DNA from: Adineta vaga
Taxonomy: Eukaryota; Animalia; Rotifera
Reading direction: 5' to 3'
NCBI GenBank assembly: GCA_021613535.1
Contig: CP075494.1
Span: 11,408,001-11,472,000, forward strand
Length of the DNA stretch: 64,000 nucleotides
The translations under genes and the position numbers were made by a program. The number at the start of each line of letters is the position of its first letter. Positions within the stretch are counted from its first letter, which is position 1. Of the stretch, positions 1 to 13,800 are shown one piece after another. The notes beneath the pieces were generated by a model. It made no database searches and was not told the DNA's origin. It saw only the letters and a list, made by a program, of their open reading frames with translations.

Positions 1-1017
1 AAATTATTTCATTAAAAATCGTCAAGAGTCCTCACACTTCGATATATGTAGCAAATCAATCAACTAGGATCTCGAATGCTATTTCATAGAATTTTTCCTC
101 AATCAACTTTTCGATTTACCTCCAGGTTTTTCCATTAAAACGTCAAAAACACAGTTTATCATCATTGTAAAAGAAAAATCTGTAAAGAATGTTGAACTAC
201 ATGTACCGGTTGGAAAGCTACATATACTATTCGATTTCCTGAGACTTTATTAGGTAACAGACACTTTTGCTAATTGTGTTACTTAGGAAACAAGTCGGTC
301 GTTCAAATTTTACATTTTAACTTCAAAGAAATTCTACTAATTATTTTTGTTCACTAATTGATTTCTATAAAAAACAAGACTTGAACAATTCAAGATAAGA
401 AAATGGTTCTATCCGTCATACTTGTCTCAGTTCAATTCCACCTCATATACTGATCTAATAAGAAAGAGAAAAAATCTAGTTTTTATTAAAAATCGAACGA
501 TTTCAATTGATATGTTTGTCGTTCGTTTCCTCAAAATAGATCTCCATCGGAAGACACAAATATACAGAGTAGGAACACATAATTGTGAATAAGAATCTTT
601 ACTGGTGTATTTATTATCGTCTATACATATGTGATTCTGCATGCCAACCTATTTCCATAGATAGGTCTCAAGATCTCACCGGATAAAATAGCATTTGAGA
701 AAGTAATATTGCAGATTTTTGAAGAAGTAAAAGTTCAAAAAGTATTTGTTTGGTTCTCTACATTTAATTATTACAATATACGCTTGTAGTGACAGATTAA
801 ACGTCAGAAACAGTAATACGATTTTTAATATGAACGCCAGTCTATATGTTCTTCTTATCAAAACGAATAAAAAGAATTTTTATATGACGCCTTTCAGACT
901 TAATAACTATATCATAAATAGATAGGTTTATATAAAAGAGTTAGCGAGTTGAATATAATTACAAGCATTTAAATTGGCTAATCTGGAATAATTTACTTGT
1001 CATTTCCAAGATATTTC

Positions 1018-2106
1018 ATGGCAATTGCTGACGATCTTAGTTCAGTTCAATCAGCTCTAACTTGTTATATTTTACCATTCATTTTCCTTTTTGGTATCAT
1101 TGGAAATGTATTGAATATTACAGTTTTCTCTCAAAAACATCTTCGCATGAATTCCTGTTCAATTTATTTCATTTCAACATCGATCTTTAATTTTCTTGTT
1201 ATGTGTTTTGGAATAATTCCAATTCTTACATCATCTTATTCATCCTATGATTATGCATCTTATTCAGTTAGTTATTGTAAATTACGTTCATATTTTGTTC
1301 ATGTTTTATTTATGATGTCACGATCAAGTGTCGCTTTAGCTTGTATTGATCGTTTTGCATTATGTTCACCTAATGTTCGAATTCGTGCTCTTAGTCAACG
1401 AGGAATGGCAATAAAACTAATCTCAATTGTTTGTTTTCTTTGGCTTTTAATACCTATTCATATGATTATATTTGTCGATATTCAAATGTCTAGTAGACGA
1501 TGTGGTGGAAATGGAAGTTATTCATATATTTATGGTCTTTATGCAGCTGTTGTTACAGCAATTCCATTGATAATCATGTTGCTTTTTTCAAGTTTAGCAA
1601 TTTATGATTTAAAACGTATTCGATCTCGTATTCAACCAGATCAAATAGTAATTGCTTCAAATACTCCAAGAACAGTTCGAATGAAAAAACGTGATGCTCA
1701 ATTAATGATTATTTTAGTTAGTGAAGTAGCTATCTATTTTTGTTCAACAGTATTATTTCCAATTTATTCAATTTATGTTGCAGTTACATCAAATGTTTCT
1801 AAAAATGCTGATCGAACAGCCATTGAAGGTTTTATCCGTTATATGGCATTAAGTTTCTTACTTTATTTAAATTCAGCTTCAATATTTTATGCTCATATTT
1901 TAGCTTCGAAAGCCTTTTGTAAAGAGTGCAAACAGTTAATGTTACGATTAATTAAACGAAGAGAAAATGAAAATATGTTAATGACAACAGCAGGAATGTC
2001 AAATACTAAAGGACCAATCAGTCGAATTGGTAAACAACAACAACAAATGGACATATCATTGAGAAATAAAGTAAAAAAATCAAGTCAAATGATTATAATT
2101 CAATAG
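1018..2106 (+). CDS. Intronless rhodopsin-like (class A) orphan GPCR
   Basis: Seven hydrophobic segments; GN in TM1 (GIIGNVLNI), 'ACIDRF' DRY-like motif, Cys in ECL1/ECL2; first ATG at 1018 (the ORF track starts at an upstream TTG). Confidence 0.88.
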   Translation: MAIADDLSSVQSALTCYILPFIFLFGIIGNVLNITVFSQKHLRMNSCSIYFISTSIFNFLVMCFGIIPILTSSYSSYDYASYSVSYCKLRSYFVHVLFMMSRSSVALACIDRFALCSPNVRIRALSQRGMAIKLISIVCFLWLLIPIHMIIFVDIQMSSRRCGGNGSYSYIYGLYAAVVTAIPLIIMLLFSSLAIYDLKRIRSRIQPDQIVIASNTPRTVRMKKRDAQLMIILVSEVAIYFCSTVLFPIYSIYVAVTSNVSKNADRTAIEGFIRYMALSFLLYLNSASIFYAHILASKAFCKECKQLMLRLIKRRENENMLMTTAGMSNTKGPISRIGKQQQQMDISLRNKVKKSSQMIIIQ

Positions 2107-3266
2107 TGAAAGAAGAACAATCGTTATTTTTTTGGTTGTTGTTGTAATTGTTTATCACACAATTCTTTATTCGTTTTCTGAAAGAGAAATAAACATCCTC
2201 TGTACTAAAGTTCTTAGAAAAAATGAATATTCATCGTGTTGATATAATATTGGTAAGAACAAAGCTACACGATACATATATGCCGTAATACGAACACCAG
2301 ATGACTCTCATTATATCTTTACTAATATATAGTCTTCTTATATCCTTAAAACTAAAACTCAATAAATAATTAGATGAAGTATTTCTCGCTTATGATATGC
2401 TAAAGAATGATAAAGTCAATGTATAGGTAATGATGATCGATTGTTTTCTGTTCTGTTTTTTTCATTCAAATATTATTATGTATTTTTATTCACAGATGTC
2501 TCTCAAAACCTGTCTTCTACTTTCATTTGTCGCACAATTCTTTTATTCGTTCTTTTTTCCAACTAATGTTTTATTATGACTAGAGTTTTTTTTATCTTGG
2601 AAAAAAAATAGAACACATTATTTTTTTGTTTCTTCCGCGAAAATTTTTATGTCGTTGTTCTTCGTATGATTTGATGACTATAGTAACAACAGTTTTTTCC
2701 CACTGAATAAACATTTGTGCTTACATAAGTTTGCTGATTTACTTTCGAAGAAAATTAGAAAAAAAGTACTCCTTTCGCTTTTTTTCTCGTCTAGTTTCAT
2801 TTGAAAAATATTCTGTGTGAAGAAAATGTGACATTAGATATTAGTTGATTACGATAATATATTATTTCCTTCAATTGTCCGCGAAACTATGTATGATCGA
2901 TACATAATCTAAATACTGATTGGATTTATTTTGTTACAAACTTATAAGTTATATTGTACAACAGAAATAGAACACTAATTAAGACAGCACATTGTCGAAA
3001 TCAATTTTCAATACAATATTTCTAATTTAAATAATAAAGCATTCGTTTTTGTCCTAGAATTATATCTCATGAAAGCAAGTAACTTTTGTTAAAATAACGC
3101 TTTCAGTCATTCAATTTCAAGGAATAAATTTGATCTATGCTCGAAAGACTTACAGCAAACAATAATTTAAAATGTACACCCGTTCTGATGTACAATCAAT
3201 TGTACAACTTTATTCTTGAAATAACTTTTACGACGAATTTTATTTTAGTTTTAGATTACTTGCAAC

Positions 3267-5819
3267 ATGGCTAGATCACATACTAGTGCTCGATCGGAAA
3301 TTCTTTTCGAACATGGATCGTGTCAATTTATTCTGAAACAAGGTGACCTTCTTGATGAAAATAATGTCGACGCAATCGTCGTCCCAACACCATCAGGATC
3401 AGAAACCAAACCGGATACTTTTGCAATCTACAAGTTAGTCTACTCCGAATTAGATAAAAATGGAAAAAAAGATATCGACCAAATTCGTAATGAATTAAGC
3501 GGACAGAAACCTAAAGTATTTGTGAAACACAATCGTAAATACGTTCTTATAGTACCACCATACTTCGGTAATCCTTCAGTAGCCTTTAGTTTGTTGAAGA
3601 AAACCTATACATCATGCTTGGATCTAGCAGTTAAAAATGATATTCGCACAATTGCATTTCCCGCTATTGGTTGTGGTGTCATTCAGTTTCCAATAAATGA
3701 TGCCGCTCGCAGTATTTACGAAGCAATTGAACAGTTTGGCAGAACAAAAGATGCAAAAAAAATAAACGAAATTCGTTTGGTTATTTACGACGATAAAGTG
3801 TGGCAGAATTTTTCGTCGTCTTTTATAGATCTGAGCGATCGACAGGGCGCATGTATCAAATTTAAAGGCATGTATGTATTTTTGCAATATTATGCGTTTT
3901 ATGACACTCTTGTTTTTATTTATTTTATTCTAATTCACATTTTAGATCAACAAATGATACAAAACCAGCTGAAATAGTGCCGAGAAAGGATGACAAACGA
4001 ACATCACAAAAGCAGACACAAGATTCAAGAGATCCAGAGTAATTATTATTATTATTATGTGTACATTTAATAGTTAATGAAAACAGACTAAAAATATTGA
4101 GGATTTCAGATCAATTTAAATGTAATCTCTTTTGGAAAATCCTCATATTTTTCTACATATTGACTGTTACTATTGCTCATACTAGTGTATATGAATTATT
4201 TTATTGTCCTATAGTTATGATAGTGATTTTGAGAGTGAATCACCGGAAAAACAGCGACGAGATACAGCACAACGATCTTCAAATCTTAATCCGTAAGTAA
4301 ACCATTGATATCAATAAGAAGATCACATCTGGAAATATATACTTATATTTAGAGATAGTCATGAATTTCGACCACAAGATAAAAAGAATCAAATTCGTCC
4401 TCAACGTCGTTATCTTCTCAACAATAAAAGCACAGAACTGGTTATACTTCAAGGAGATATTCTACAAACAAAAGTTGATGCTATAGTCAATGGTTTGTTT
4501 TATTTTCATTATTAAGTACATTATGAATATTGTCTCCTATTTATCTAGCGGCAAATGAAGAAATGTTAGGAGGCGGTGGAGTGGACGGGGTGATTCATCG
4601 AGCTGCTGGAGATGAACTTCTGAAAGCATGCAAAGTTCATAAGAAAATATATAGGGATGTTCGTTTACCAACTGGTCGGTCTCGCATATTACTCAGCTAT
4701 AAGATGTCGAAAACGACTCATTATATTATCAATACAGCTGGTCCTCGCTATGACGATTATGGACCGGAGCAGTGCAAAGAACAACTCACATCTTGCTACA
4801 AAACATCCCTTGCTTTAGCTAATCTGTACGATCTTGAAACTATCGGTTATACTGCTATTAGTTGTGGAATTTTTGGCTATGTAAGTATATACATATCTAA
4901 TGATACCATTGAACTATTTTTTTATACACTTTGTAGCCATTAGATGAAGGTGCTGAAGTTGCACTACGAACAGTTGATCAAGAAGCTGGTTTAATGCGTG
5001 AAATCATATTTGTTTTAAGAGAAGATGAAATATATGATGCTTGGGTGAAGAAAGCCAAAGAGTTAGGTTTTACGTCACTGGATCATGGCGATACGGATAC
5101 TAGTGCACCTAGTCAACCAAATAAGAAAAGCAAATCTATAGTTCAGACATCCAATGAAAATGATGACAATAAAAAACCTGAGAAATTAAAACGAGACCAG
5201 GGTGTTACATCAGCAGAAGATCGAAATGAACGCAATGTAGTTGATGCTTCGACGTCGAACAAACCAAAAAAAGGGTCTACAGCTGCTAATGATCGTTCAC
5301 CGGAACAGTCACGATCAGATGCAGTTAAACAATCGAACAATAAAGAAAGTACAAATGATAAAGAAAATGATGATGAACAGGGTTCAGAGTCTATAAAGAA
5401 AGCCGTCTCAAGGTAAATAGCAAATACGGCAGAATATATGCTATTTGCATTCATTTTCGCAAAAGCTATCTACCAAACATACTAAGCACATCTAAAGATT
5501 TTAACAGCTATCGTTTGCTTGATAGTATTTTTTAAAATGGACATCTTTGTAAATAACATATCATTCTACCGCATTGCTTCAACATAACGCGTCGAGAAAA
5601 TATTGCAATTTTATAATTTTAGTAAACATTGTCTTCTTTCATAGAGTCGCTGGTCGAGCGGTAGGTGATCTTCACAAGCAAGGCTTTCAATCAAATAGTT
5701 CTCCGACACGACAAAACCATCAAGATGAAAAAGGTTCATCGACCAATCCGACATTAAAATTGCACTCAGGTGAAGCATGGGGACGTGGGAAACCCACAAA
5801 TAAAGACCCGAAAACGTGA
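3267..5819 (+). CDS. Tandem-macrodomain protein (degenerate N-terminal macro plus canonical MacroD-type ADP-ribose hydrolase domain, charged low-complexity tail); about 7 exons
   Basis: Domain 1: QGDLL..VDAIVV...IAFPAIGCG. Domain 2 after splicing: LQGDILQTKVDAIVN|AANEEMLGGGGVDGVIHRAAG...AISCGIFGY|PLDEGA. Intron phases keep the frame open. Confidence 0.85.
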
Positions 5820-6448
5820 TATTATGTTCATGCTTTTTTGTTTTTCACAATTTTTTTATTCTTTTATGGTCATTGAACATGGTTGATATTTTTCATTTGA
5901 TTTCGAATAAATTGGGAAATAATTGAAAGTTATTTGACTATAATCATGTCCTTGATTGTAATAGATTCTGTTTAAACGTGAGTAGAAACATTAAACCTTT
6001 GAATAAATGAACTGTAATGTATTTCGTGACAACAGAAACAAGATGTGTTTGTGTGTATGACATTTTCTAAACAAATCGTGTAAATCTACAAAGGTAAATG
6101 TTGAACGTGACATAGAGAATATTGAGAAAAGGAACTATGTATGATGCGATCGTTTAGTTGCTGTCCAGACAATGACTGTCGGTTTGATCATATATGAGTA
6201 ATTTCTTGTGTACCACTTTATTCTTATGTTCATTCTTTTCCATCACTTTCATTATTACGATAGCGATCATCACACACACACACTCTCTCTCTCGTTCTTT
6301 CTCTTCAAACATGGAAAAGAAATACAGATTGTGTCGTCATCATCATCATCGTTCTGTTCATTCTTGTTCAAAGAGAAAAGTAGAAGACACTTCGTGTTAT
6401 ACTCATTCAATTCTTGTTTTTATTCAAATCATATATTATGGCATATCG

Positions 6449-9400
6449 ATGAAAAATTTTCAACAAATTCTTTTAATTTTACAAATCAGTTCAGGTAAAT
6501 TTAAGACTAAGCAAAACTTATTTTGTTGTTGCTCGATAGAATCGAATATTTAAGTTTGTTTGAAAACATGGAAATAGATTGATTGGATAGAAAGATCTGT
6601 ATACTCGACAGCTGTCTATTGAATAGATGTACACATTTGTCGGAATTAGATTTAGATTAATAATATCCATCTGTTCGAAACTGCTATTTCAATCAGTCAT
6701 CTTTGGTCATAACAGACATTATGAGACAATTAGTGTTAACACCATTGGAATATTTATAGTATGGAGATAATATTCAGATCATTATTCAACGGATGATTTC
6801 ATTTTCATCAATCAGCAAATGTTAGAGAGAGAAAGGAAAGCAAGCTTTAACATCCTTTGACCATGAATCGTGCTTTTATTAATCAATATATCAGTTGATA
6901 GTTTTCACTTTTCAAGTACAATTCAGTATAAATTAAATTTCTAGAGAATACTCGATGTTACCTTATTATATTATTGTTGAAACTTTTTCATACAGTCGAT
7001 TGAACATTTCCTTACCACACTCTCTTTCTTTTCTATGATAATGAAATAGAAAGAAAGAAAAAGAAACGACTCTAATACAAACTTCTATACAATACGTTCC
7101 GATTGTGTATATGAATAAAATATAATAAGACATCTAATGCATGACAATAGAGTGTCAAATACTATATTAATCAAAGTTTAAATATTTATGAGTATAGTCA
7201 TAATCTCACGATAGTACATAATACAGAATATCTAATGTCTTGTTTTCTGTCCATAGTTTGCTCGGTATGTAAAATGCCGACAGCATGGTTTGGTTTATGG
7301 TATCAACAAGGAATGACTTCGCTATTAGATATAACAGACGATCAAATTCAAACTAAAGGTTTATGCATAGATGTATTACCTTCACAACAATATTATCTCT
7401 TTACTGATCGGTAGATCTTTATTAGTATTATTCGAACGAGATAATTTTACGCTATTTTTTTCTTTTAGTTCAAATCGTTGTGCACGATGTTTGGTTTTTA
7501 TTCAACGACATATGAATTTACTTCAATATCGTGAAAGTATGCTTTACTTAATCAAAAGATTATTATTCATTCGTTATATAGGTGAATGTTATGATCCAGA
7601 TGATCTCCTGAATATTACTTCATGTCCAAATGTAATTGCTCCCGATGCTGGATTGTATACACTTCATCGAAGTAAGTATGGTTACTTCAACATTAAGTCA
7701 AAGAGTTATGCCTATTAGAGAGTAAAAGAGATTGTTTTGAAAATGATTATTCTCCGGAGAGAAGAAGACGGCTCGTTTATAGTATTTTGTAAAAGATCAA
7801 AGATATAGTTTTTATAGATGTTCATTTGTAATTGTCAATTGGCACACCAGGAATCTACTTATTTCTATATGATTGATTGTAAATGCGATCTATCTGATAG
7901 TTACATACCGATTCTAATACATTGCTTTCTTAGTTGCTTCTTAAGTTTGATAGTTTATAGATGTTCATAAGTAATCATAACATTCGTTTTTGAAAGAAAT
8001 TTCATCTTTCATTCTCATTATTTAGGCAATTCTAATCCACAAATATGTCCCATTCATGCACCATTGCGATTAATAAATCTGATCAAAGATGGTTCAGTTT
8101 GTCATCAATCTATTTCATCATCTTACATCAATGAATGTGCAGATCCTTATCAATTTCATCTTCATTTAACTCCATGTGTAGCTCATCAATCAATTCTTGG
8201 TTTCTAAAAAACAAAACTTCCTATAGCCCATTCTCATAAACACTTTGTTTCTTTAGATTTTCAATTCGTTTGTGTTGGAAGTTGGATTGAAGATTTTCAC
8301 ACTTATTTTATCACTCGTATTCTTTCTGATCATCCAAAAACTAATCAATACGCATGTTTTGTAAATTAATTCAATCCTTATTCTCTTCTCTTCTCTTCAT
8401 TGTTTCTTTTTACGATTATTTCAGCGTTTTTTAACTCGACAGAAATATTCTTCATCGTTATCTCTTTACATGGCTACAGACGATTCATGTCGTGATTTAT
8501 ATTCCAAACATATGTCAACAGTGATAACTTTCTCAACCAAAAGTTATATTTAAGATAATGAATTCCGAATTGTTTATTAGTTTTTCTCTGCATTTAGATT
8601 ATCTAATCCATGATGAATGTACTTTTCCAAAACGATTTCAATCTTATGAATGGTATTCAATAAATAGAACTATAAAAATGATAATAAAATTGAATAATAT
8701 TGAATTCAATGGTATTGATCAACGGTTTCATTGTCAACAAATTATTCATTCGGAAAAGTTAGTCACTACTTATAGAATACGATCATTCACGAATTGGTAT
8801 TGTTATTGATAAAAGAAAATTCGATCAACATAAAAGTTTTTGTTTTTAGTCATATGAAAGAAGAATGCTTACGAATTATACAAAGAACAGATAATGTTCT
8901 TGAACTACATACCATTCCATTAATAAATGAAGGAGATTGTGTTTATTTTAATGAGAAAAATGTCAATGTTCATTCAACATATTTTACTCAATCATTATCA
9001 GTATCCAATCCGTGTCCAAACTATATCGGTCATTTGATTTATCAAACAAATATTGATCATCATAACCGAAGAAAATCATTCTATATGTCAATTGGTTGTG
9101 ATCAGAAAGAAAAATTAACTATTTCACAGAAATCAAGAGGTTTGTTTCTATTATAATAATATATATATAGAACGAGATTGGGTTCATAGGTCCGTTGTCG
9201 AATAGGAAAAGAATGCAGAGGAAATAGTCAGAAAAAAATCGGAAATGAATAATTAATGAGTTCGCTCAAAGCAAATATCGAGAAGAAATAAATTTTCTCA
9301 AATGAGTTTTGATAATGAATGTGTCTTCTAATCATTTGAATCGATCTTCATCTGATTTATTTCTTATCTTTGAATAATCTAGATATCGGACAAAGATCCA

Positions 9401-9763
9401 TCATTCAAACTGATACATGTCTTGCATCGTGGCAATCGGATGATTCTTTTATAACATATTTGATTGTTCAATCGTCATACTCCAACGCATCTTATTGTCT
9501 CGTATGAATAATCTTTTCAATCCTTTCTACATAAATTCATGTTTGTTTTCTAGAATTTTCAAATGACAAATCCAATTCTAATTCAAAACAATAGTAATGA
9601 ATGTTCATATCATCATTCTAATCATGGAAAAACAACTTCTTTCTATTCAGCTCATCTAATCAATCCTTGTTCTCAATCAACACAAATCTCATTCAATTTT
9701 CTTCTATTATCAATAACAATCTTTTTATTTTATAGACATTTGATTGTTCACGCCAAACAGTGA
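6449..9763 (+). CDS. Secreted or GPI-anchored Cys/Trp-rich uncharacterised protein, multi-exon
   Basis: Signal-like MKNFQQILLILQISS|VCS; repeated motifs CKMPTAWFGLWY / CTFPKRFQSYEWY and CVGSW / CLASW; hydrophobic C-terminus FNFLLLSITIFLFY; GT-AG introns. Confidence 0.75.
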
Positions 9764-9830
9764 GAAAAAAATAAAAAATAAAACATTGGTAGAAAAGAAT
9801 GCGATGTTTTCTAATAAAGCTTAATAATAG

Positions 9831-10419
9831 TTAAGAAACTTCCATGATGGAAGATAAGGGCACAAAAACTTTACAAGCAGCATTGAAATAAAGTTTCTTC
9901 GCTTCTTTGATATTCTTTTCCGACACATGTAAACGTCGTATTTGAGCTGTACGTAAACGTATATACTGTTCATTGATTGAATTCAGTGAGTCAGATGAAT
10001 CAGGTGAAGATGAAGCATCAAGAATCTGACTTGGTCTTTTAATTAATAATGAAAAAGGAGGAGTTTGTATTTCAGAAGATTTCTTCTTTGTCAATGGATG
10101 TTGAGCACGATATAATTGAGAATAATTTAGTACTAATGGACAGATTTGTCGATTAGTATTTGTTGATATGAATGGTTCAGTTTTCTTCTGAAAATTATTT
10201 AACATTGGCAGACGAGGTGAAGATTTCTTTGTTGACAATGTTAATCGATTGGTTGGCAAATTTCGAGCTAGATTTTACGATCAATCGATGAATATAAATG
10301 AATTTTATTGACATACCTGTGTATATTGGTGGATAAGAGAAGAGAGTTTTTTCTTGAGATTGTGCTGCTGAAATTGACCACCGAAATTGGATCGATGCTT
10401 TTTGCGATAATTCTTTCAT
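9831..10419 (-). CDS. Orphan two-exon protein (~180 aa, Ser/Pro/basic-rich)
   Basis: MKELSQK...PPIYT joined by a phase-1 GTATGT..TAG intron to ARNLPTNRLTL..., in frame with ORF 9831..10259; convergent with the upstream gene. Confidence 0.6.
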
Positions 10420-10845
10420 ATGTAAGTTATATATGTTTTTTTTCGTCGAATAGAACTAACAATACTTGTTTTTAATTATGATTTTTATTGACATACGTGA
10501 ATGTTTGTGACTTCGATAAAAAATGAAAATGTAAAATGATCGTAAAGTCGATTTCATTTTATATTTCTTTTCTTTTCTTTTTCTGATAAGAGAGTAAGAA
10601 AAAGAGTTATTTGAATTATTAACATTTCTTATGTAAATAATAGAAGAAGCTAAATTATAAGTCAAACGATTGATCTTCATGATGATTAGTTGAAAAAAAA
10701 ACATTCGAGAAAATGATCAATTTCGTCGTTCTGAGAATACTAACTAGTAGTTTTATTCATGTTGATTTTGTTTTTCTTATCTGTACAAAAGAACAAATAA
10801 CAAAATGAAACACACAAACACACGCAAACACATATTTGATAGAAA

Positions 10846-13800
10846 TCACAATCGAGAAACACGTGGTTGAATACGAAGATTCGTTGATGATGTTGAACCT
10901 GATGAAATATCAGCTGCATTTGAATCACCATCATCATCTTCATAATGAGGAATTTGTAAACTACTTCGTGGAGGTACATCTAAAGAAACAACAGAAAATG
11001 AATAGATTGAATAATGGCCTATTCATTGTTTACCTGTATTTGTCGAAAATCGAACTTGATGAGAACGGGAATTATGTGTATGATTTAATGGTTGTTGTTC
11101 GATTAAAACAAGTGGAATATCTGCTCGTTGTGGTGAAGCAGATAGATTGCGATGTTTTCGATTTGTACGAGAATCATTGAAATATTTTTTTCGACGTGTA
11201 TCAAGATAAGTTGTGCGTTCAGCAGCAAGCATAAGTAAAGTATTGAATTTATCAGAATCCGATGTTCGTTCGACTGTTGTACGACGTTTAGGAACTGGTT
11301 GAACATTTGGAAAATGACCTGATACAGATGATGATGAACGATTACTATGCGAACGATGAAGTAATTGCTTTTGTGCAGGAACTTCATTCAATTCAATTTC
11401 TTCATTATCAATTGTACATTGAGAACATCGACGAGCAACAAGTGCCTTTCGATTGGAAGCACCACATTGAATAGAAAAACGAAGTTCTTTGAATAATTCC
11501 CACCAGACAGATTCCTAAGGAGAAAAGACAAATGAAAGAACATGAACATTTTCAAATCTAAACATATTCACTGACGATATAAGAACTCATTAGAAAATTT
11601 ATCCCTATTACTTTGAAATAACTTACTCGTCGATTTTCATGATTTTTTCTTGCATGCCATAAAAATTCGAGAATAGCCACAAGTAAAGATATGAAAACAC
11701 CACCTAAAGAAAAGATAAATTTAGCAATAGATAACCTATAATCAAAATCTTTTGTCCTACCAATCAGCACCACAAATATTCCACCAACATTTGTTAAGCC
11801 CAATGGATTCGCTTTAGAATCTTTCTTTTCCGATGCACATGTTCCTTTTCCTTTCCACCATTTATTATAAGATTTTTGTATCTAGAAATTAGAATTTGTA
11901 TTGAAACAAAATTTCTGCCTATTCATATAACTTACAACTCCTTTTTCTTGTAAATCAAGAATTATTTCGGAAAAACGTTCACGATACGGACTTCCTAAAA
12001 ACAAAAAAAAACATATACATATCTCTTCTTTTTTCTCCGTTAAAACAAAATCCTACCTTCAGGCAATCCAATTCCATAACCTTTATTATCCAATAAACCA
12101 CCGATTTGTGTTAGATTACATTCACGTTGGACAGTGTATTCAATTGTTGTTGATTCCATTAGAAATGCGTATGATTCTGCTTTGACACGATCAACGCCTT
12201 CCTTGTTTTTCTTCACGAAAACATCAGGATTACTTTTCATATATTTCCACATTGCTTGATAAGTTGGTATACTTGATTCCTTTATAAATACAAAATGAAA
12301 TGTAAGATAAAATACAAAATAAAAATTTTACTCGAAAAAATTGTTCCGTTGAGCCATTCTCGACAACTCCATATTTGATTTTACTTTGTTTAGATAAATC
12401 CTCAGCACTTTCGATTGGATTAACAAGTTTTTCAACAGTTAAAAAAGCAGCTAAAAACAATAAAAGATTTCATTTTCAATTTTATTTTTTTCGAAAAAAC
12501 CAAATTTCGTTTTTACCTAAGTTAGCAGTATATGAAGAGATAAGAATTAATGTAAAAAACCACCAAATACCAGAAACAAGACGAGTTGATATAGCCGAAG
12601 GACTAACATCGGAACCTTGAAAGAAAAATATATAATCAATTCAGGATGAAATAAAACTATTCATGAATTATATACGGAAATGACTTTATGTTTATTAATA
12701 TATAACTTGAAAAAAAAAAGAATCGGATCTTTCATTTATCAAAGACACATCAATAGAGATTGAAGTGATGATTTATCATTTCACTGATTTTGTTGACCCA
12801 ATTCACTCAGAAATAAACATGACTTTGTTATTTGAACTAGCACAAACAGAGACTTCATTCAACCATAAATTGTTCTCAATGTAAAATATCTTATTCCAAA
12901 TACATCTGATATATTCATGAATATAAAGATAAAAGGCAGTCGACAATAATGCTTCCTTTTATAGAAACACACGCATACAATCTATTTCCAGGTAATTATG
13001 GTCTCACTAATATATAAGCATATATATATATATTCAATTCTCTTTGTTGTTTTCACAATACATCAAATGTAATGTCAGCTATGCTTGGCAATAGAATGAT
13101 AAAGAAATGATGATGTCTACCTTGTTGCATTAGTGTTCCAATAGAAAACCAAAGTGTATTACTAACAGTAAAACGATTTTCTAAAACATCATATTCAGTA
13201 TCACATGGATACGGATTTCGCCATTCATCTGGTGAACATCGAGCAATTAATAATAAAATAAAACTAACAGTAAAAACAGCAGCAAATGTATAAATCTAAT
13301 CAAAAGAACTTTTCTTGAAGAAAAATTTTCAATGTTATTAACTTACCCAAATTTCCAATGAAAGTGGACTTAGAAAACTGAATAGACCTGGTTTTTCTGT
13401 TTTAGGTAATTTAAAAAGAATAGCAATACCCAAACTCAGAAATGGTTTAGTAAAATCAATTTGTTTTTCTCTTGCATAGTTAACTAAATGAAAAAAGGAA
13501 TATTCCAATAAATTCTATCAAACTAACCTTTTTCGACTTACTAGTTAAAGGTGCAACAGCTAGATCAGCTTTCTAAAAAACAAACGAATGGAATTTTAAA
13601 AAAAGTTAAATAAATCAATTTCTCATACCTTATGTTTAACTGCTTCGACCATATCGTCATAACGAGAAGTTGTAATTGGTTTGATTTTATAATGAAATTT
13701 CAATGCATGAGATAATTCCTCAAGGAGATCGATGCAAAAGCCTTCAAAATCACTATTGGAATAGATCACACCTGATAAATCTGTTAGATTAACATCATTT

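Noticed and set aside
2148-2556. Short imperfect direct repeat (cacaattcttt(t)attcgtt at ~2158 and ~2533)
   Set aside because: Only about 20 bp in AT-rich DNA, two copies, no element structure between them
10846-10857. C-terminal SRL read as a peroxisomal PTS1 signal
   Set aside because: The protein is a signal-peptide ion channel; VSRL is better explained as a class I PDZ-binding motif
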